This document shows positions 31,529 to 44,911 of a stretch of 64,000 bases of DNA, piece by piece. The stretch's first letter is position 1. Every line of letters begins with the position of its first letter. A program made the translations under genes and the position numbers. Source of the stretch: an uncultured Solirubrobacteraceae bacterium (lineage in GTDB: Bacteria; Actinomycetota; Thermoleophilia; Solirubrobacterales; Solirubrobacteraceae); contig CAVTRA010000002.1 in assembly GCA_963737025.1 (NCBI GenBank), positions 276,856 through 340,855 of the forward strand, given 5' to 3'. The notes under the pieces are model-generated. The model made no database searches and was not told the DNA's origin. It worked only from the letters and a program-made list of their open reading frames with translations.

Positions 31529-32865
31529 GTCGCCTGCTCCGGTGCGGCTGCCTCGCTCGCCTGCTGCTCGATAACGGCGGGCGCCACGGTGGCACCGCCC
31601 TCGGAGGCGAGGTCGGCGACGTTGTCGCTGTCGATCGCGGCGAGCGCCTGGTGGCTTTCCAGGCCGCAGTAGCGGGAGTTGGGAAGCGCGGCGTTGGGGC
31701 AGCGCCGGCCGTTGGAGAGGATCGCGGCGCAGCGTCCCTGAACCTCCTCCTCCTCGTAGCCGTGCTCGGCCTCCTCAGCGGCGAACTCGGTCTCCGAGCG
31801 GATGTCCACGCGCCAGCCGGTCAGGCGCGCTGCCAGGCGTGCGTTCTGGCCCTCGCGTCCGATGGCGAGCGACAGCTGGTCGTCGGGCACGATCACGGTC
31901 GCCTGCTTGGCGTCGTCGTCGACGAGCACCTCACGCACCCGTGCGGGCGAGAGCGCCTTGGCGACGAAGCGCGCGGGCTCGTCGTTGAAGGGGATGATGT
32001 CGATCTTCTCGCCGCGGAGCTCGGAGACGACCATGCGCACGCGCGAGCCGCGCGGGCCGACGCACGCACCGACGGGGTCGACGCCGTCGGTGTGCGAGAT
32101 CACGGCGATCTTCGATCGGTACCCGGGCTCACGGGCGACATTGGCGATCTCCACGAGACCGTCGGCGATCTCCGGGACCTCGAGCTCGAACAACTTCTTG
32201 ATGAGCTCGGGATCGCGCCTGGAGACGATGATGGCGGGTCCCTTGGTCGACGGCGAGACCTCCTTGATGACGGCCTTGATCCGCTGGGAGTGGTCGTAGC
32301 GCTCGCCCTCGACCTGCTCGGACTTGGGCAGCAGCGCCTCGACGCGTTCGCGCAGCTGCACGAGCGTGTATCGCGAGTCCGACTGCTGCACGATGCCGGT
32401 GATCAGCTCGCCGACGCGGTCGCGGTACTCCTCGTACATCATGTCGCGCTCGGCCTCGCGGATGCGCTGCAGGATCACCTGCTTGGCGGTCTGCGCGGCG
32501 ATCCGCCCGAAGTCGTCGGGCGTGACGTCGCGTTCGTCGATCTGGTCGCGGTATTCGGCGAACTTCTTGGGGTCGATTTCCGGTTCCTCGGGTTCGCGCA
32601 TCTCGCCGGTCTCGGGATCGACGGTGGTTTCCTCGTCGATCGTCTCGACGATCAGGTGCGCCTCGAGGCGTTCGGGGATGATCAGTTCGATGACCCTGAA
32701 GTCGGCGGTCTCGCGGTCCATTTCGACGCGCGCGTACTTGGCGGAGCCGGGCTGCTTCTTGTACGCGGACAGCAGGGCGTCCTCGAGCGCGATCATCAGC
32801 TTCTCGGGCTCGATGCCCTTCTCGCGCGCCAGCGCGTGCATTGCCTCGAGTATTTCGCGTGACAT
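31525..32865 (-). CDS. nusA: Transcription termination/antitermination factor NusA with a C-terminal Cys/His extension
   Basis: [50 protein letters not shown]. Confidence 0.98.
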   Translation of the reverse strand: MSREILEAMHALAREKGIEPEKLMIALEDALLSAYKKQPGSAKYARVEMDRETADFRVIELIIPERLEAHLIVETIDEETTVDPETGEMREPEEPEIDPKKFAEYRDQIDERDVTPDDFGRIAAQTAKQVILQRIREAERDMMYEEYRDRVGELITGIVQQSDSRYTLVQLRERVEALLPKSEQVEGERYDHSQRIKAVIKEVSPSTKGPAIIVSRRDPELIKKLFELEVPEIADGLVEIANVAREPGYRSKIAVISHTDGVDPVGACVGPRGSRVRMVVSELRGEKIDIIPFNDEPARFVAKALSPARVREVLVDDDAKQATVIVPDDQLSLAIGREGQNARLAARLTGWRVDIRSETEFAAEEAEHGYEEEEVQGRCAAILSNGRRCPNAALPNSRYCGLESHQALAAIDSDNVADLASEGGATVAPAVIEQQASEAAAPEQAT

Positions 32866-32868
32866 GCC

Positions 32869-33348
32869 TTACTCCTCGATCAGGTTCGAACGATGTATGT
32901 CCGCGTAGGGGATCGCGATGATGCCCCCGTCGGCGGCGAGCGTGACCTCCTCGTCGGAGGCGCCCACCAGCTCGCCGGTGAAGCTGACGAACCTCTTCGA
33001 GGTCGGCGCCCCCGCTCGTACCCCGCCCGCCCGCTCGCCGTCGAGCTGCGGCGCGACCGGACGCGGGTGGCGCGCGCGCACGCGGGCGCGGTGTCCGACG
33101 AAGCGGCGGAAGTGCGCGGGCTTGGTCAGCGGCCGCTCGATGCCCGGTGAGGAAACCTCGAGCGAGTAGCGCTCGCGCAGGTCGTTCAGCAGCAACGTCA
33201 CGCGCTCGCACATCGCGAGCGTGACCCCGTCGGGGTGGTCGATGAACACACGTAGACAACGCCCGCCGGAAACCTCGGCGAGGAGCACCTCGATGTCTGG
33301 CTCGCTGTCGGCCAGGCGCCTCTCTATGTCGGTCTGCAACGCGGTCAT
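32869..33348 (-). CDS. rimP: Ribosome maturation factor RimP
   Basis: LRVFIDHPDGV, CERVT, YSLEVSSPGIERPL; RBS AGGAG upstream of ATG 33348. Confidence 0.93.
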   Translation of the reverse strand: MTALQTDIERRLADSEPDIEVLLAEVSGGRCLRVFIDHPDGVTLAMCERVTLLLNDLRERYSLEVSSPGIERPLTKPAHFRRFVGHRARVRARHPRPVAPQLDGERAGGVRAGAPTSKRFVSFTGELVGASDEEVTLAADGGIIAIPYADIHRSNLIEE

Positions 33349-33365
33349 GAACTCACTCCTTACGC

Positions 33366-33392
33366 AAAAAAAGCGGGCGGGCGCCCACTCTC
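33366..33392 (-). promoter_or_regulatory. rimP-nusA leader attenuator (intrinsic terminator hairpin in the 5' UTR)
   Basis: Minus strand GAGAGTGGGC-GCCC-GCCCGC-TTTTTTT, about 18 nt upstream of the rimP start and downstream of an extended -10 (TGCTATCCT). Confidence 0.65.
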
Positions 33393-33471
33393 GGTACTGC
33401 TGCCGGCGCCTGCGCGCGGGCACGAAAGCTCTTGTTCGAGGATAGCAGCGGGCCGTTCGCTCACACCGACC

Positions 33472-33849
33472 TCAATCGCGCTCGGCGTCGCGGCGCGCAC
33501 GTTCGCGGTACAGGCGGTAATCGGCGCGCTCGGGAGCCAGCGAGCAGGCCAGTGCCAGCGGCTTGCAGGCCTCGCGGTGGCGTCCCAGCAGCTGCATCGA
33601 ACGCCCCAGGCAGAACTGCGCGTAGTCGTTGGTCGGGGTCCGCTGGGCGACGGCGTCGAACTCAACGGCGGCGCTTTCGTAGCGCTGGGCGTGAAACAGC
33701 GCCCGCCCCAGCGCCTCGCGGATCGAGGCCTTGTCCGGCTCGCGGTCGCGTGCCTTGCTGAGTGGCACGATCGCCGCCAGGTGATCGCCGTGGTCGAGAA
33801 GCTCGCAGCCTCGCTGGTAGAGGTCATACACGCTCTCCATCGACACCAC
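33472..33849 (-). CDS. Tetratricopeptide-repeat protein
   Basis: YDLYQRGCELL...EALGRALFHAQRY...YAQFCLGRSM helical repeat pattern. Confidence 0.8.
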   Translation of the reverse strand: MVSMESVYDLYQRGCELLDHGDHLAAIVPLSKARDREPDKASIREALGRALFHAQRYESAAVEFDAVAQRTPTNDYAQFCLGRSMQLLGRHREACKPLALACSLAPERADYRLYRERARRDAERD

Positions 33850-33850
33850 T

Positions 33851-35176
33851 TTAACGGCCGTTGCGCACGCTCACGACGGCGTCGAGTATCGCCTCGGCGA
33901 CCTGCGCCTTGCTCGCGCGCGGCACGTGGCGCTCCAGAGGCGCCGACCCGCGGTCGCCGTCGGGGGCGCCCGCAGGCGACGCGCCGGAGCGCTCGCCGGC
34001 GATCAGGATCGTGACCTCGTTGGCGTCGACGTCGAAGCCTATGTCTGCGCGCGAGATGTCGTTGACGACGAGCGCGTCGAGGTGCTTGGCGGCGAGCTTC
34101 CGGCGCGCGAGCTCGACCGCGTCGGAGCCGTGCTCGGCGGCGAAGCCGACGAGCGTCTGGCCCTTGTGCCGCTGCGCGGCGAGCCCGGAGAGCACGTCGC
34201 GCGTGGGTTCGAGCACGAGCTCGAGACGCTCGCGCTCGGCCTTCTTGAGCTTGCCGTTGGCGGGCGCCGCCGGTGTGAAGTCGGCGACGGCGGCGGCCAT
34301 CAGCAGCACGTCGCAGCGCGGGAACTCCTCCTCGCACGCGTGCGCGAGCTCGCGCGCGTTGCCGACGTCGCGGCGTGTGACCCCGGGCGGCGTCGGCAGG
34401 GCGACGTTGGCGGCCACGAGCGTCACCTCCGCGCAGCGGCCGCGCGCGGCCTGCGCGAGCGCAAAGCCCATGCGCCCGGAGGAGCTGTTGCCGATGAAGC
34501 GGACACTGTCGATCGGCTCGCGCGTGCCCCCGGCGGTGACCAGCACGCGCAGCCCGCGAAGGCTTTCCTGGGCCTCCCCGCCGCCCTCTTGGGCGCCGGC
34601 GGGCTCGCCGAGCGCCTGTAAAGCGGCGGCCAGCACGTGCGCGGGCTCGGCCAGGCGCCCAACGCCGTACTCCCCCCTGGAGGCCAGGCGCCCGACGTCC
34701 GGCTCGACGACGATGGCTCCCCGCTCGCGCAGCGTGCGCAGGTTCGCCTGCGTGGCGGCGTGCTCGTACATGTGGTTGTTCATCGCGGGCGCGAGCACCA
34801 GCGGGCAGCGCGCGGCGAGCGCGCAGCTGGTCAGCAGGTTGTCGGCCAGGCCCGCGGCGAGCTTGGCGATCGTGTTCGCCGACGCGGGCGCGATCACGTA
34901 GACGTCGGCGTTGGCGACGAGCTCGAGGTGGCTGAGCGGCTCGTGCGCGGCGGGCTGCTGGTCTGGGAAGGCGCCGTGCGCAGGGTCGCGCTCGAACTCG
35001 CTGACGAGCACCGGCGCGCCCGTAAGCGCGGCGAAGGACGCCTTGCCGACGAAGCGCTGGCTGGCGGGTGTCTGCACGACACGCACCGCGTGCCCGTCGG
35101 CACTCGCCAGGCGCACCAGCTCGAGCGCCTTGTACGCGGCGATGCCGCCGCTCACGCCGAGCAATATCCGCGCCAT
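33851..35176 (-). CDS. coaBC: Bifunctional phosphopantothenoylcysteine decarboxylase/synthase
   Basis: GVSGGIAAYK, APASANTIAK, PAMN, TAGGTREPIDSVRFIGNSSSG, VGFAAE. Confidence 0.97.
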   Translation of the reverse strand: MARILLGVSGGIAAYKALELVRLASADGHAVRVVQTPASQRFVGKASFAALTGAPVLVSEFERDPAHGAFPDQQPAAHEPLSHLELVANADVYVIAPASANTIAKLAAGLADNLLTSCALAARCPLVLAPAMNNHMYEHAATQANLRTLRERGAIVVEPDVGRLASRGEYGVGRLAEPAHVLAAALQALGEPAGAQEGGGEAQESLRGLRVLVTAGGTREPIDSVRFIGNSSSGRMGFALAQAARGRCAEVTLVAANVALPTPPGVTRRDVGNARELAHACEEEFPRCDVLLMAAAVADFTPAAPANGKLKKAERERLELVLEPTRDVLSGLAAQRHKGQTLVGFAAEHGSDAVELARRKLAAKHLDALVVNDISRADIGFDVDANEVTILIAGERSGASPAGAPDGDRGSAPLERHVPRASKAQVAEAILDAVVSVRNGR

Positions 35177-35262
35177 GACTACAGGTTGTAGAGGGCCAGC
35201 ACCCGCCTAGCAAGCGCTGGCGCGACCTTTGCGCGCGCCGCCCCTCGCAACGCAGCCCGCAT

Positions 35263-35367
35263 CTGAGCCGGTCGCTGGTCAAGCGAGGCAAGGACGCAGT
35301 GAGCGAAGTGTGCTCGGCACACGAGCGATCGAGGACGCAGCATCGCGCCGGCCAGCGATCGGCTCAG
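35263..35367. repeat. Palindromic REP/MITE-like repeat, copy B
   Basis: Terminal inverted repeats CTGAGCCGGTCGCTGG / CCAGCGATCGGCTCAG (1 mismatch). The core matches copy A. The right end includes the rpoZ stop codon. Confidence 0.8.
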
Positions 35368-35591
35368 CGGTAGTGGTACTTCATCTTTCCTGCTGCTACC
35401 TCCTCGAGGGCGATCGTGAGGTAGTTTTTGGAGCCCGTTTCGACCATCGGGGGCGGGAACTCGTCGAAGGTGCCCTCGCCGAGGTTGTGGTAGTAGCTGT
35501 TGATCTGGCGCGCGCGCTTGGCCGCGACGATGACGCCGGCGTAGTTTGAGTCGACCTGCTCGAGCAGGCGGTCGATGCGGGGGGAGATCAC
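35364..35591 (-). CDS. rpoZ: RNA polymerase subunit omega
   Basis: ISPRIDRLL...YAGVIVAAKRARQINSYY...KNYLTIALEEVAAGK; located between gmk and coaBC. Confidence 0.93.
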   Translation of the reverse strand: MISPRIDRLLEQVDSNYAGVIVAAKRARQINSYYHNLGEGTFDEFPPPMVETGSKNYLTIALEEVAAGKMKYHYR

Positions 35592-35672
35592 GATTTCAGA
35601 TGCCTTTCCTGGTTGGACCACCAGTGTAGTGCAGCTGTGCCGACCGCTTCGCGCGCGCGTTGGCGACTCTCG

Positions 35673-36230
35673 CTAGTCATCGAGCTCGCGGGCGACGATC
35701 TCGCTGAGCTGCTCGAGCGCCTCATCGAGCCGGTCGTTGACGACCACGTGGCCGAACTCTGGCTGGGCGCCGAGCTCCTGCTCGGCGACCTGCAGGCGCC
35801 GCTCGACCTCCTGCGGGTCGTCGGTGCCGCGGCCGATCAGCCGCGTGCGCAGCGCGGGCAGCGACGGCGGCGCGATGAACACCTGCACGGCCTCGGGCAT
35901 CGCGGCGCGGACCTGGCGCGCGCCCTGGACCTCGATCTCGAGCACGACGGGCTCACCGGCGCGCACGCGATCCTCGAGCTCGGAGCGCAGCGTGCCGTAG
36001 CTGCGTCCGGCGTAGTCGGCGTGCTCGACGAAGTCTCCGGCGGCGACCCTCGCGTCGAACTCGTCGCGGCTGAGGAAGTGGTAGTCGACGCCGTCGCGCT
36101 CGCCCGGCCGCGGCGCGCGGGTGGTAGCCGACACCGACAGTGCGAGCTGTGGCAGCCGCTGCATCAGCCCGCGGATGAGCGTTCCCTTGCCGACCCCTGA
36201 GGGCCCGGTGATGACAAAGACGCGCGCCAC
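35673..36230 (-). CDS. gmk: Guanylate kinase
   Basis: GPSGVGKGT, SATTRAPRPGE, DYHF, YGT, LEIEVQGA. Confidence 0.97.
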   Translation of the reverse strand: MARVFVITGPSGVGKGTLIRGLMQRLPQLALSVSATTRAPRPGERDGVDYHFLSRDEFDARVAAGDFVEHADYAGRSYGTLRSELEDRVRAGEPVVLEIEVQGARQVRAAMPEAVQVFIAPPSLPALRTRLIGRGTDDPQEVERRLQVAEQELGAQPEFGHVVVNDRLDEALEQLSEIVARELDD

Positions 36231-36274
36231 GGCCGGGACCCTAGTGACCGCCTCGGTGGGAACCGACGGCCGGG

Positions 36275-36619
36275 TCAGTGGTGCAGCAGCGAGACCAGCT
36301 CGCTGCGCTGGCGCTCGGAGAGGCCGCCGATGGTCTTGCTCGGCGCGATGCGGCAGTGGGCGAGGATCTTGTTGACCTTGACGCGCCCGTACTTGGGGAC
36401 GGCGAGGAGCATGTCGAAGACCTTGGCCGTCTCGACGTACTCGGGCGGCTCGAGCAGCAGCGAATGGATGGAGCGCCGGCCGGACTTGAGGTCGCGCTTG
36501 AGCTGTGCGCGCTGGACGCGGATCTCGTTGGCGCGAGCGAGCGCGTCCATCCTCTGATTGAGCGATCGCTCAGGAGCTGTGGAGGTGTTTGAGGACGTCG
36601 TTCCTGTGGCCGGCGCCAT
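36275..36619 (-). CDS. mihF: Actinobacterial integration host factor (mIHF/sIHF)
   Basis: QRMDALARANEIRVQRAQLKRDLK...LLAVPKYGRVK...IAPSKTIGGLSERQR; upstream of gmk. Confidence 0.92.
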   Translation of the reverse strand: MAPATGTTSSNTSTAPERSLNQRMDALARANEIRVQRAQLKRDLKSGRRSIHSLLLEPPEYVETAKVFDMLLAVPKYGRVKVNKILAHCRIAPSKTIGGLSERQRSELVSLLHH

Positions 36620-36678
36620 GGGCGGCGAGTCTACACACCACAGAGCGGCTATCAACAAAAATCCGCGAATTCACCTGT

Positions 36679-36693
36679 ACCTCAAGTTGAGGT
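36679..36693. promoter_or_regulatory. Perfect palindrome ACCTCAA-G-TTGAGGT upstream of mihF (candidate operator)
   Basis: A 7-1-7 inverted repeat in a relatively AT-rich promoter region, about 60 bp upstream of the mihF start. Confidence 0.5.
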
Positions 36694-36849
36694 CGAGAGA
36701 GATCGAGACTGGTGGACGGTGCGGGCCTGCGTTTGCAGGGGTTTTGGGTGCCTTATGCGTCGGCGCCAGCCGCAGATGTCTTCCACCGGCCTGGACTCGC
36801 TCCGCCCACCTCGCGCGCGCGCCCGCGCGTTGCCTGGCGAGGACACGTG

Positions 36850-37785
36850 TCAGCCCGTGCGTGTGGCCATAACGCGCAATCCCTGCGCAATCCTGGTAGC
36901 GGCGACGGGATCGCGAAAGCTCTCGGTGCCGACGGCGACGAGCGACGCGCCGACATCGAGCAGATCCTGTGCATGGGCGGCGCTCTGCACGCCCCCCATC
37001 CCGATAACCGGAACCGCCACCCGCGCGGTGACGGCTGCGACTTGCGCGAGCGCGACGGCGCGGATCGCGGGTCCGGACAGACCGCCGCTGCCGCCGCCTA
37101 GCCACCCCACGGCGGCGTCGCTCTCGCCACTGCCGGCCCCCCCGCCGGCGTCGCCCTCTCGCGCGCGCCCGCGTTGGCCTCGCGGCGCAAGCGCTGCGGC
37201 ACGCAGCGTGTTGATCAGCGACAGCGCGTCGGCGCCGCCCCGCTCGGCGGCCCGCGCGCAGGCGCCGACGTCGGCGGTATTGGGCGTGAGCTTGACGATC
37301 AGCGGCTTGCCGGTGCGCGGGCGGACCGTGCGCACGACCTCCTCGAGCTGGGCGGGGTCGGCGCCGATGTCGAGGCCGGTCTTGACGTTCGGGCACGACA
37401 CGTTGAGCTCGATCGCCGCGATCTCTGCGCGCGCGTCACAGGCGTCGAGCAAGATCGAGAGCTCCTCGGCGCTCGCACCCATGACGTTGGTGATCAGCGG
37501 CACGGGGAGCTGGGCGAGCGCGGGCAGGTCCTCGGCGAGATAGCGCTCGAGGCCCTTGTTGGGCAGCCCGATCGAGTTGATCAGGCCGGCTGGGCTCTCC
37601 CACAGGCGCGGTGGCGGGTTGCCGGCGCGCGGCTCGAGCGTGATCGTCTTCGACACGTAGGCGGCGAACGGGAAGCGCTCGTGCAGCTGCTCGCCGAAGA
37701 CCGCTCGCGCGGCGATCGCGTCGAACGTGCCCGAGCCGTTGATGACGGGGTGCGCGAGGCGCAGCCCGCAGAACTCCACGCTCAT
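36850..37785 (-). CDS. pyrD: Dihydroorotate dehydrogenase family 1B, catalytic subunit
   Basis: NGSGTF, SKTITLEPRAGN, INSIGLPN, ELNVSCPN, VKLTPN, INTL, GGLSG, GMGGV. Confidence 0.93.
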   Translation of the reverse strand: MSVEFCGLRLAHPVINGSGTFDAIAARAVFGEQLHERFPFAAYVSKTITLEPRAGNPPPRLWESPAGLINSIGLPNKGLERYLAEDLPALAQLPVPLITNVMGASAEELSILLDACDARAEIAAIELNVSCPNVKTGLDIGADPAQLEEVVRTVRPRTGKPLIVKLTPNTADVGACARAAERGGADALSLINTLRAAALAPRGQRGRAREGDAGGGAGSGESDAAVGWLGGGSGGLSGPAIRAVALAQVAAVTARVAVPVIGMGGVQSAAHAQDLLDVGASLVAVGTESFRDPVAATRIAQGLRVMATRTG

Positions 37786-37807
37786 CGTGTGACCTCGCCA
37801 TGCGCGC

Positions 37808-38609
37808 TCATGCGGGCGCCCCCGCGTGCTCATCGACGCGGGCAAGCTCGGCGGCGTCGATCACGGGACCGTCGACGCAGACGCGCAGGTAGCCGCCGTC
37901 GCGCCGCGGCACGACGCAGCCGAAGCAGGCGCCGAAGCCGCACGCCATGCCGGCCTCGAGGGCGAGCTGTGCGGGCGTGGCGCGCTCCTTGCAGATCGCC
38001 CTGACACCCTCGAGCATCGCCGCGGGCCCGCAGGCGTAGACGACGGCGTGCGGGTCGCGGTCGAGCTCGGCGGCCAGCAGCTCGGTGACGAAACCGTGAT
38101 GCCCGACGGAGCCGTCGTCGGTGGCGACGCGGGCTTCGCGCAGCAGCGCTGCGCCTTCGGCGCGTGCGCGGTCGCGGAAGCCGAGCAGCACGGTGGTGTC
38201 CGCCTCGAGCGTGTCCTGGAGGATCGCGAGCGGCGCGATGCCAACGCCTCCTCCGACGAGCAGCGCACGACGCCCCTCAGCCGGCCCATCGAAGCCACGC
38301 CCGAGCGGCCCGAGCGCCCAAAGCCCGTCGCCGGCTCGGAGCTCGCACAGCCGCCGCGTGCCGGGCCCGACGTCCTCGAGCAGGAAGTGGCACTCCTGGC
38401 CGGCGAGGCGCGCGATCGAGAACGCCCGTGGCAGGTACGGGCGCTGCTCCTCCCCCCGCCCCAGTGCTCGGCGGCGGCGATCATCGCGAACTGCCCGGGC
38501 GCGGGAACGCAAGCGGCCGCCTCGGGGTCGAGCGCGCGCAGCACGCGGTAGGCGCCGAGCGCGTCGTTGCCGGTGACCTCGAGCAGACGCCGGCCGAACG
38601 GAGCCTCGC

Positions 38610-38613
<4 letters not shown>
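37808..38613 (-). pseudogene. pyrK: Dihydroorotate dehydrogenase electron-transfer subunit PyrK with a one-base frameshift
   Basis: The N-terminus (VSEAPFGRR...PAPGQFAMI...HWGGG) is in one frame. The remainder (EEQRPYLPRAFS...GGGVGIAP...MACGFGACFGC...CVDGP) is in another. The switch falls at a G6 run (plus-strand C6, 38452-38457). Total span is 806 nt, one base short of a multiple of three. Confidence 0.88.
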
Positions 38614-42973
<4,360 letters not shown>

Positions 42974-42983
42974 CGTGCGCCAC

Positions 42984-43529
42984 TCACTTGATCAGTGCCT
43001 GCACCGCTTTGAACTCCGGCGTGCCGGCTCGCTCGAGCAGCTCGAACAGCGCCGCCTCGACGGTGGTGACGACGGCGCCTGCGCGCTGCATCCGCTCGAG
43101 TCCGCGCTCGTAGTCGAGCTCGTGACGCGAGCCGACGGCGTCGGCGGGCACGTGTACCTCGATGCCCTCGTCGAGCAGGTCGTGGACTGTTTGGCTGACG
43201 CACACATGCGCCTCGATGCCGCACACGAGCGCCTGACCAACCCCTCCGGGGCCGGTGCCCGCGCCGCCCAGATCGAAGCCGTCGGCGCGCACGGCGGAGA
43301 ACACTGTCTTCTCGATGCGCGGCTCGTCCTGCAGGCCGAGCTCGGGCGCCGAGTGGCCGAGCCCTTTGGGGTACTGCTCGCTGACGAGCACCGGCAGGCC
43401 GAGGATGCGCGCGGCTTCGATCAGCTTGGCGCAGGCGGCGGCGACGCCGGCGAACGCGGGGTAGGAACGGAAGCCCTCCTGGACGTCGACGACGACGAGC
43501 GCGGCCCGGTCGCGGGCGAGCAGGCCCAT
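42984..43529 (-). CDS. Isochorismatase-family cysteine hydrolase (YcaC/ISOC-like)
   Basis: VVVDVQEGF, SEQYPKGLG, IEKTVFS, CGIEAHVCV (Asp-Lys-Cys triad). The ATG is coupled to the pyrC stop. Confidence 0.9.
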   Translation of the reverse strand: MGLLARDRAALVVVDVQEGFRSYPAFAGVAAACAKLIEAARILGLPVLVSEQYPKGLGHSAPELGLQDEPRIEKTVFSAVRADGFDLGGAGTGPGGVGQALVCGIEAHVCVSQTVHDLLDEGIEVHVPADAVGSRHELDYERGLERMQRAGAVVTTVEAALFELLERAGTPEFKAVQALIK

Positions 43530-44911
43530 CAGGCGCCCACCATCGCGAGCGAGCGGTCGCGGTGCGCGAGCGTGCCGGCGGCGATCGTCATGAGCACGCG
43601 GCCCTGCAGCGCGCGTCCGGTGAAGCAGCAGTTCTCCGAGCGGCTCTCCCAGCCGTGCTCGCCTGCCACCCACACCGCGTCGAGGTCGACGAGCGTCAGG
43701 TTCGCGGGCGTGCCGAGCGCGACGGTGGGCGTCGGCAGCTCGAACAGCGCGGCGCCGGCGGTCATGCGCTCGACGAGCAGCGCCAGGTCGATCACGCCCG
43801 GCAGCACGAGGCCTGTGTGCAGCGCCGCGAACGCCGTCTCCAGGCCGGTGCTGCCCATCGGCGCCTGCTCGAAGGGCACCTCCTTCTCCTCGCGCGCGTG
43901 GGGCGCGTGGTCGGTGGCGACGCAGTCGATCGTGCCGTCGCGCAGGCCCTCGACGAGCGCCAGGCGGTCGGTCCCTGTGGCCAGCGGCGGATACATCTTC
44001 ATGCGCGTGTCCAGCGTGCGCACGTCCTGCTCGGTGAGCAGCAGGTGGTGCGGGCAGACCTCCGCGCTGACCCGCCACGCGCGCTGCTTGGCGGCCGCGA
44101 CCGCTTCGACGGAGGCGGCACTTGACAGATGCTGGAAGTGAACGCGCGCGTCCTCGTGGCCGGCGAGCGCGGCGTCGCGTGCGAGCATCGTGGACTCGGC
44201 GAGGCTCGGGATGCCGCCGATCCCGAGCGCTGCGCTGACGGCGCCCTCGTGCATGGCGCCGCCGCGCGAGAGCGTGGGGTCCTCCTCGTGCAGTGACAGC
44301 ACGCCGCCGCACAGGCGTTGGTACTGCAGCGCCTTGCGCAGCATGCCGGCGCTCTGCACAGGCCGGCCGTCGTCGGTGAAGCCCAGCGCGCCCTCCTGCC
44401 TCAGCTCGGCCATCTCTGTCAGCTGCTCGCCCTGCAGGCCGCGGGTGATCGCCGGCAGGAAACCCACCGGCACGCGCGCCTCGCGCGCGGCGGCGTCGCG
44501 CAGCGAGCGCAGCAGCGGCGCGGAGTCGAGCACGGGATCGGTGTTGGGCATCGCGATCACCGCGCCGAAGCCACCGGCGGCCGCGGCGCGGGTGCCGGTC
44601 TCGAGGTCCTCCTTGTGCTCCTGCCCGGGTGTGCGCAGGTGCACGTGCGGGTCGAAGAACGCCGGCAGCAGTCGCAGGCGCCCGTGGCCCTCGATCAGCT
44701 CCTCGCCGCCCTCCCCCGCTCCATCGCCGGCGCGCGCGGAGGAATGGGACTCGAGCGCGCCGGGCTCGCCCAGCTCGACGATCAGGCCACCGCTGACGCG
44801 CACGTCACGGCGCGCGTCGATGCCGGCGCGCGGGTCGAGCACGTGCACGTCGCGCAGCAACAGCTCTGCGGGCGGCCTTTGCCCGCCGATCAGTGGCTCC
44901 ACGGGACTCAC
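43529..44911 (-). CDS. pyrC: Dihydroorotase
   Basis: DPHVHLRTPG, MPNT, GFTDDG, EVCPHHL, KMYPPL, ATDHAPH. Confidence 0.95.
   Translation of the reverse strand: MSPVEPLIGGQRPPAELLLRDVHVLDPRAGIDARRDVRVSGGLIVELGEPGALESHSSARAGDGAGEGGEELIEGHGRLRLLPAFFDPHVHLRTPGQEHKEDLETGTRAAAAGGFGAVIAMPNTDPVLDSAPLLRSLRDAAAREARVPVGFLPAITRGLQGEQLTEMAELRQEGALGFTDDGRPVQSAGMLRKALQYQRLCGGVLSLHEEDPTLSRGGAMHEGAVSAALGIGGIPSLAESTMLARDAALAGHEDARVHFQHLSSAASVEAVAAAKQRAWRVSAEVCPHHLLLTEQDVRTLDTRMKMYPPLATGTDRLALVEGLRDGTIDCVATDHAPHAREEKEVPFEQAPMGSTGLETAFAALHTGLVLPGVIDLALLVERMTAGAALFELPTPTVALGTPANLTLVDLDAVWVAGEHGWESRSENCCFTGRALQGRVLMTIAAGTLAHRDRSLAMVGA

Noticed and set aside
35205-35260. Possible extra degenerate copy of the palindromic repeat (contains GCAACGCAGC) next to copy B
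   Set aside because: I could not define terminal inverted repeats or align it convincingly by eye.
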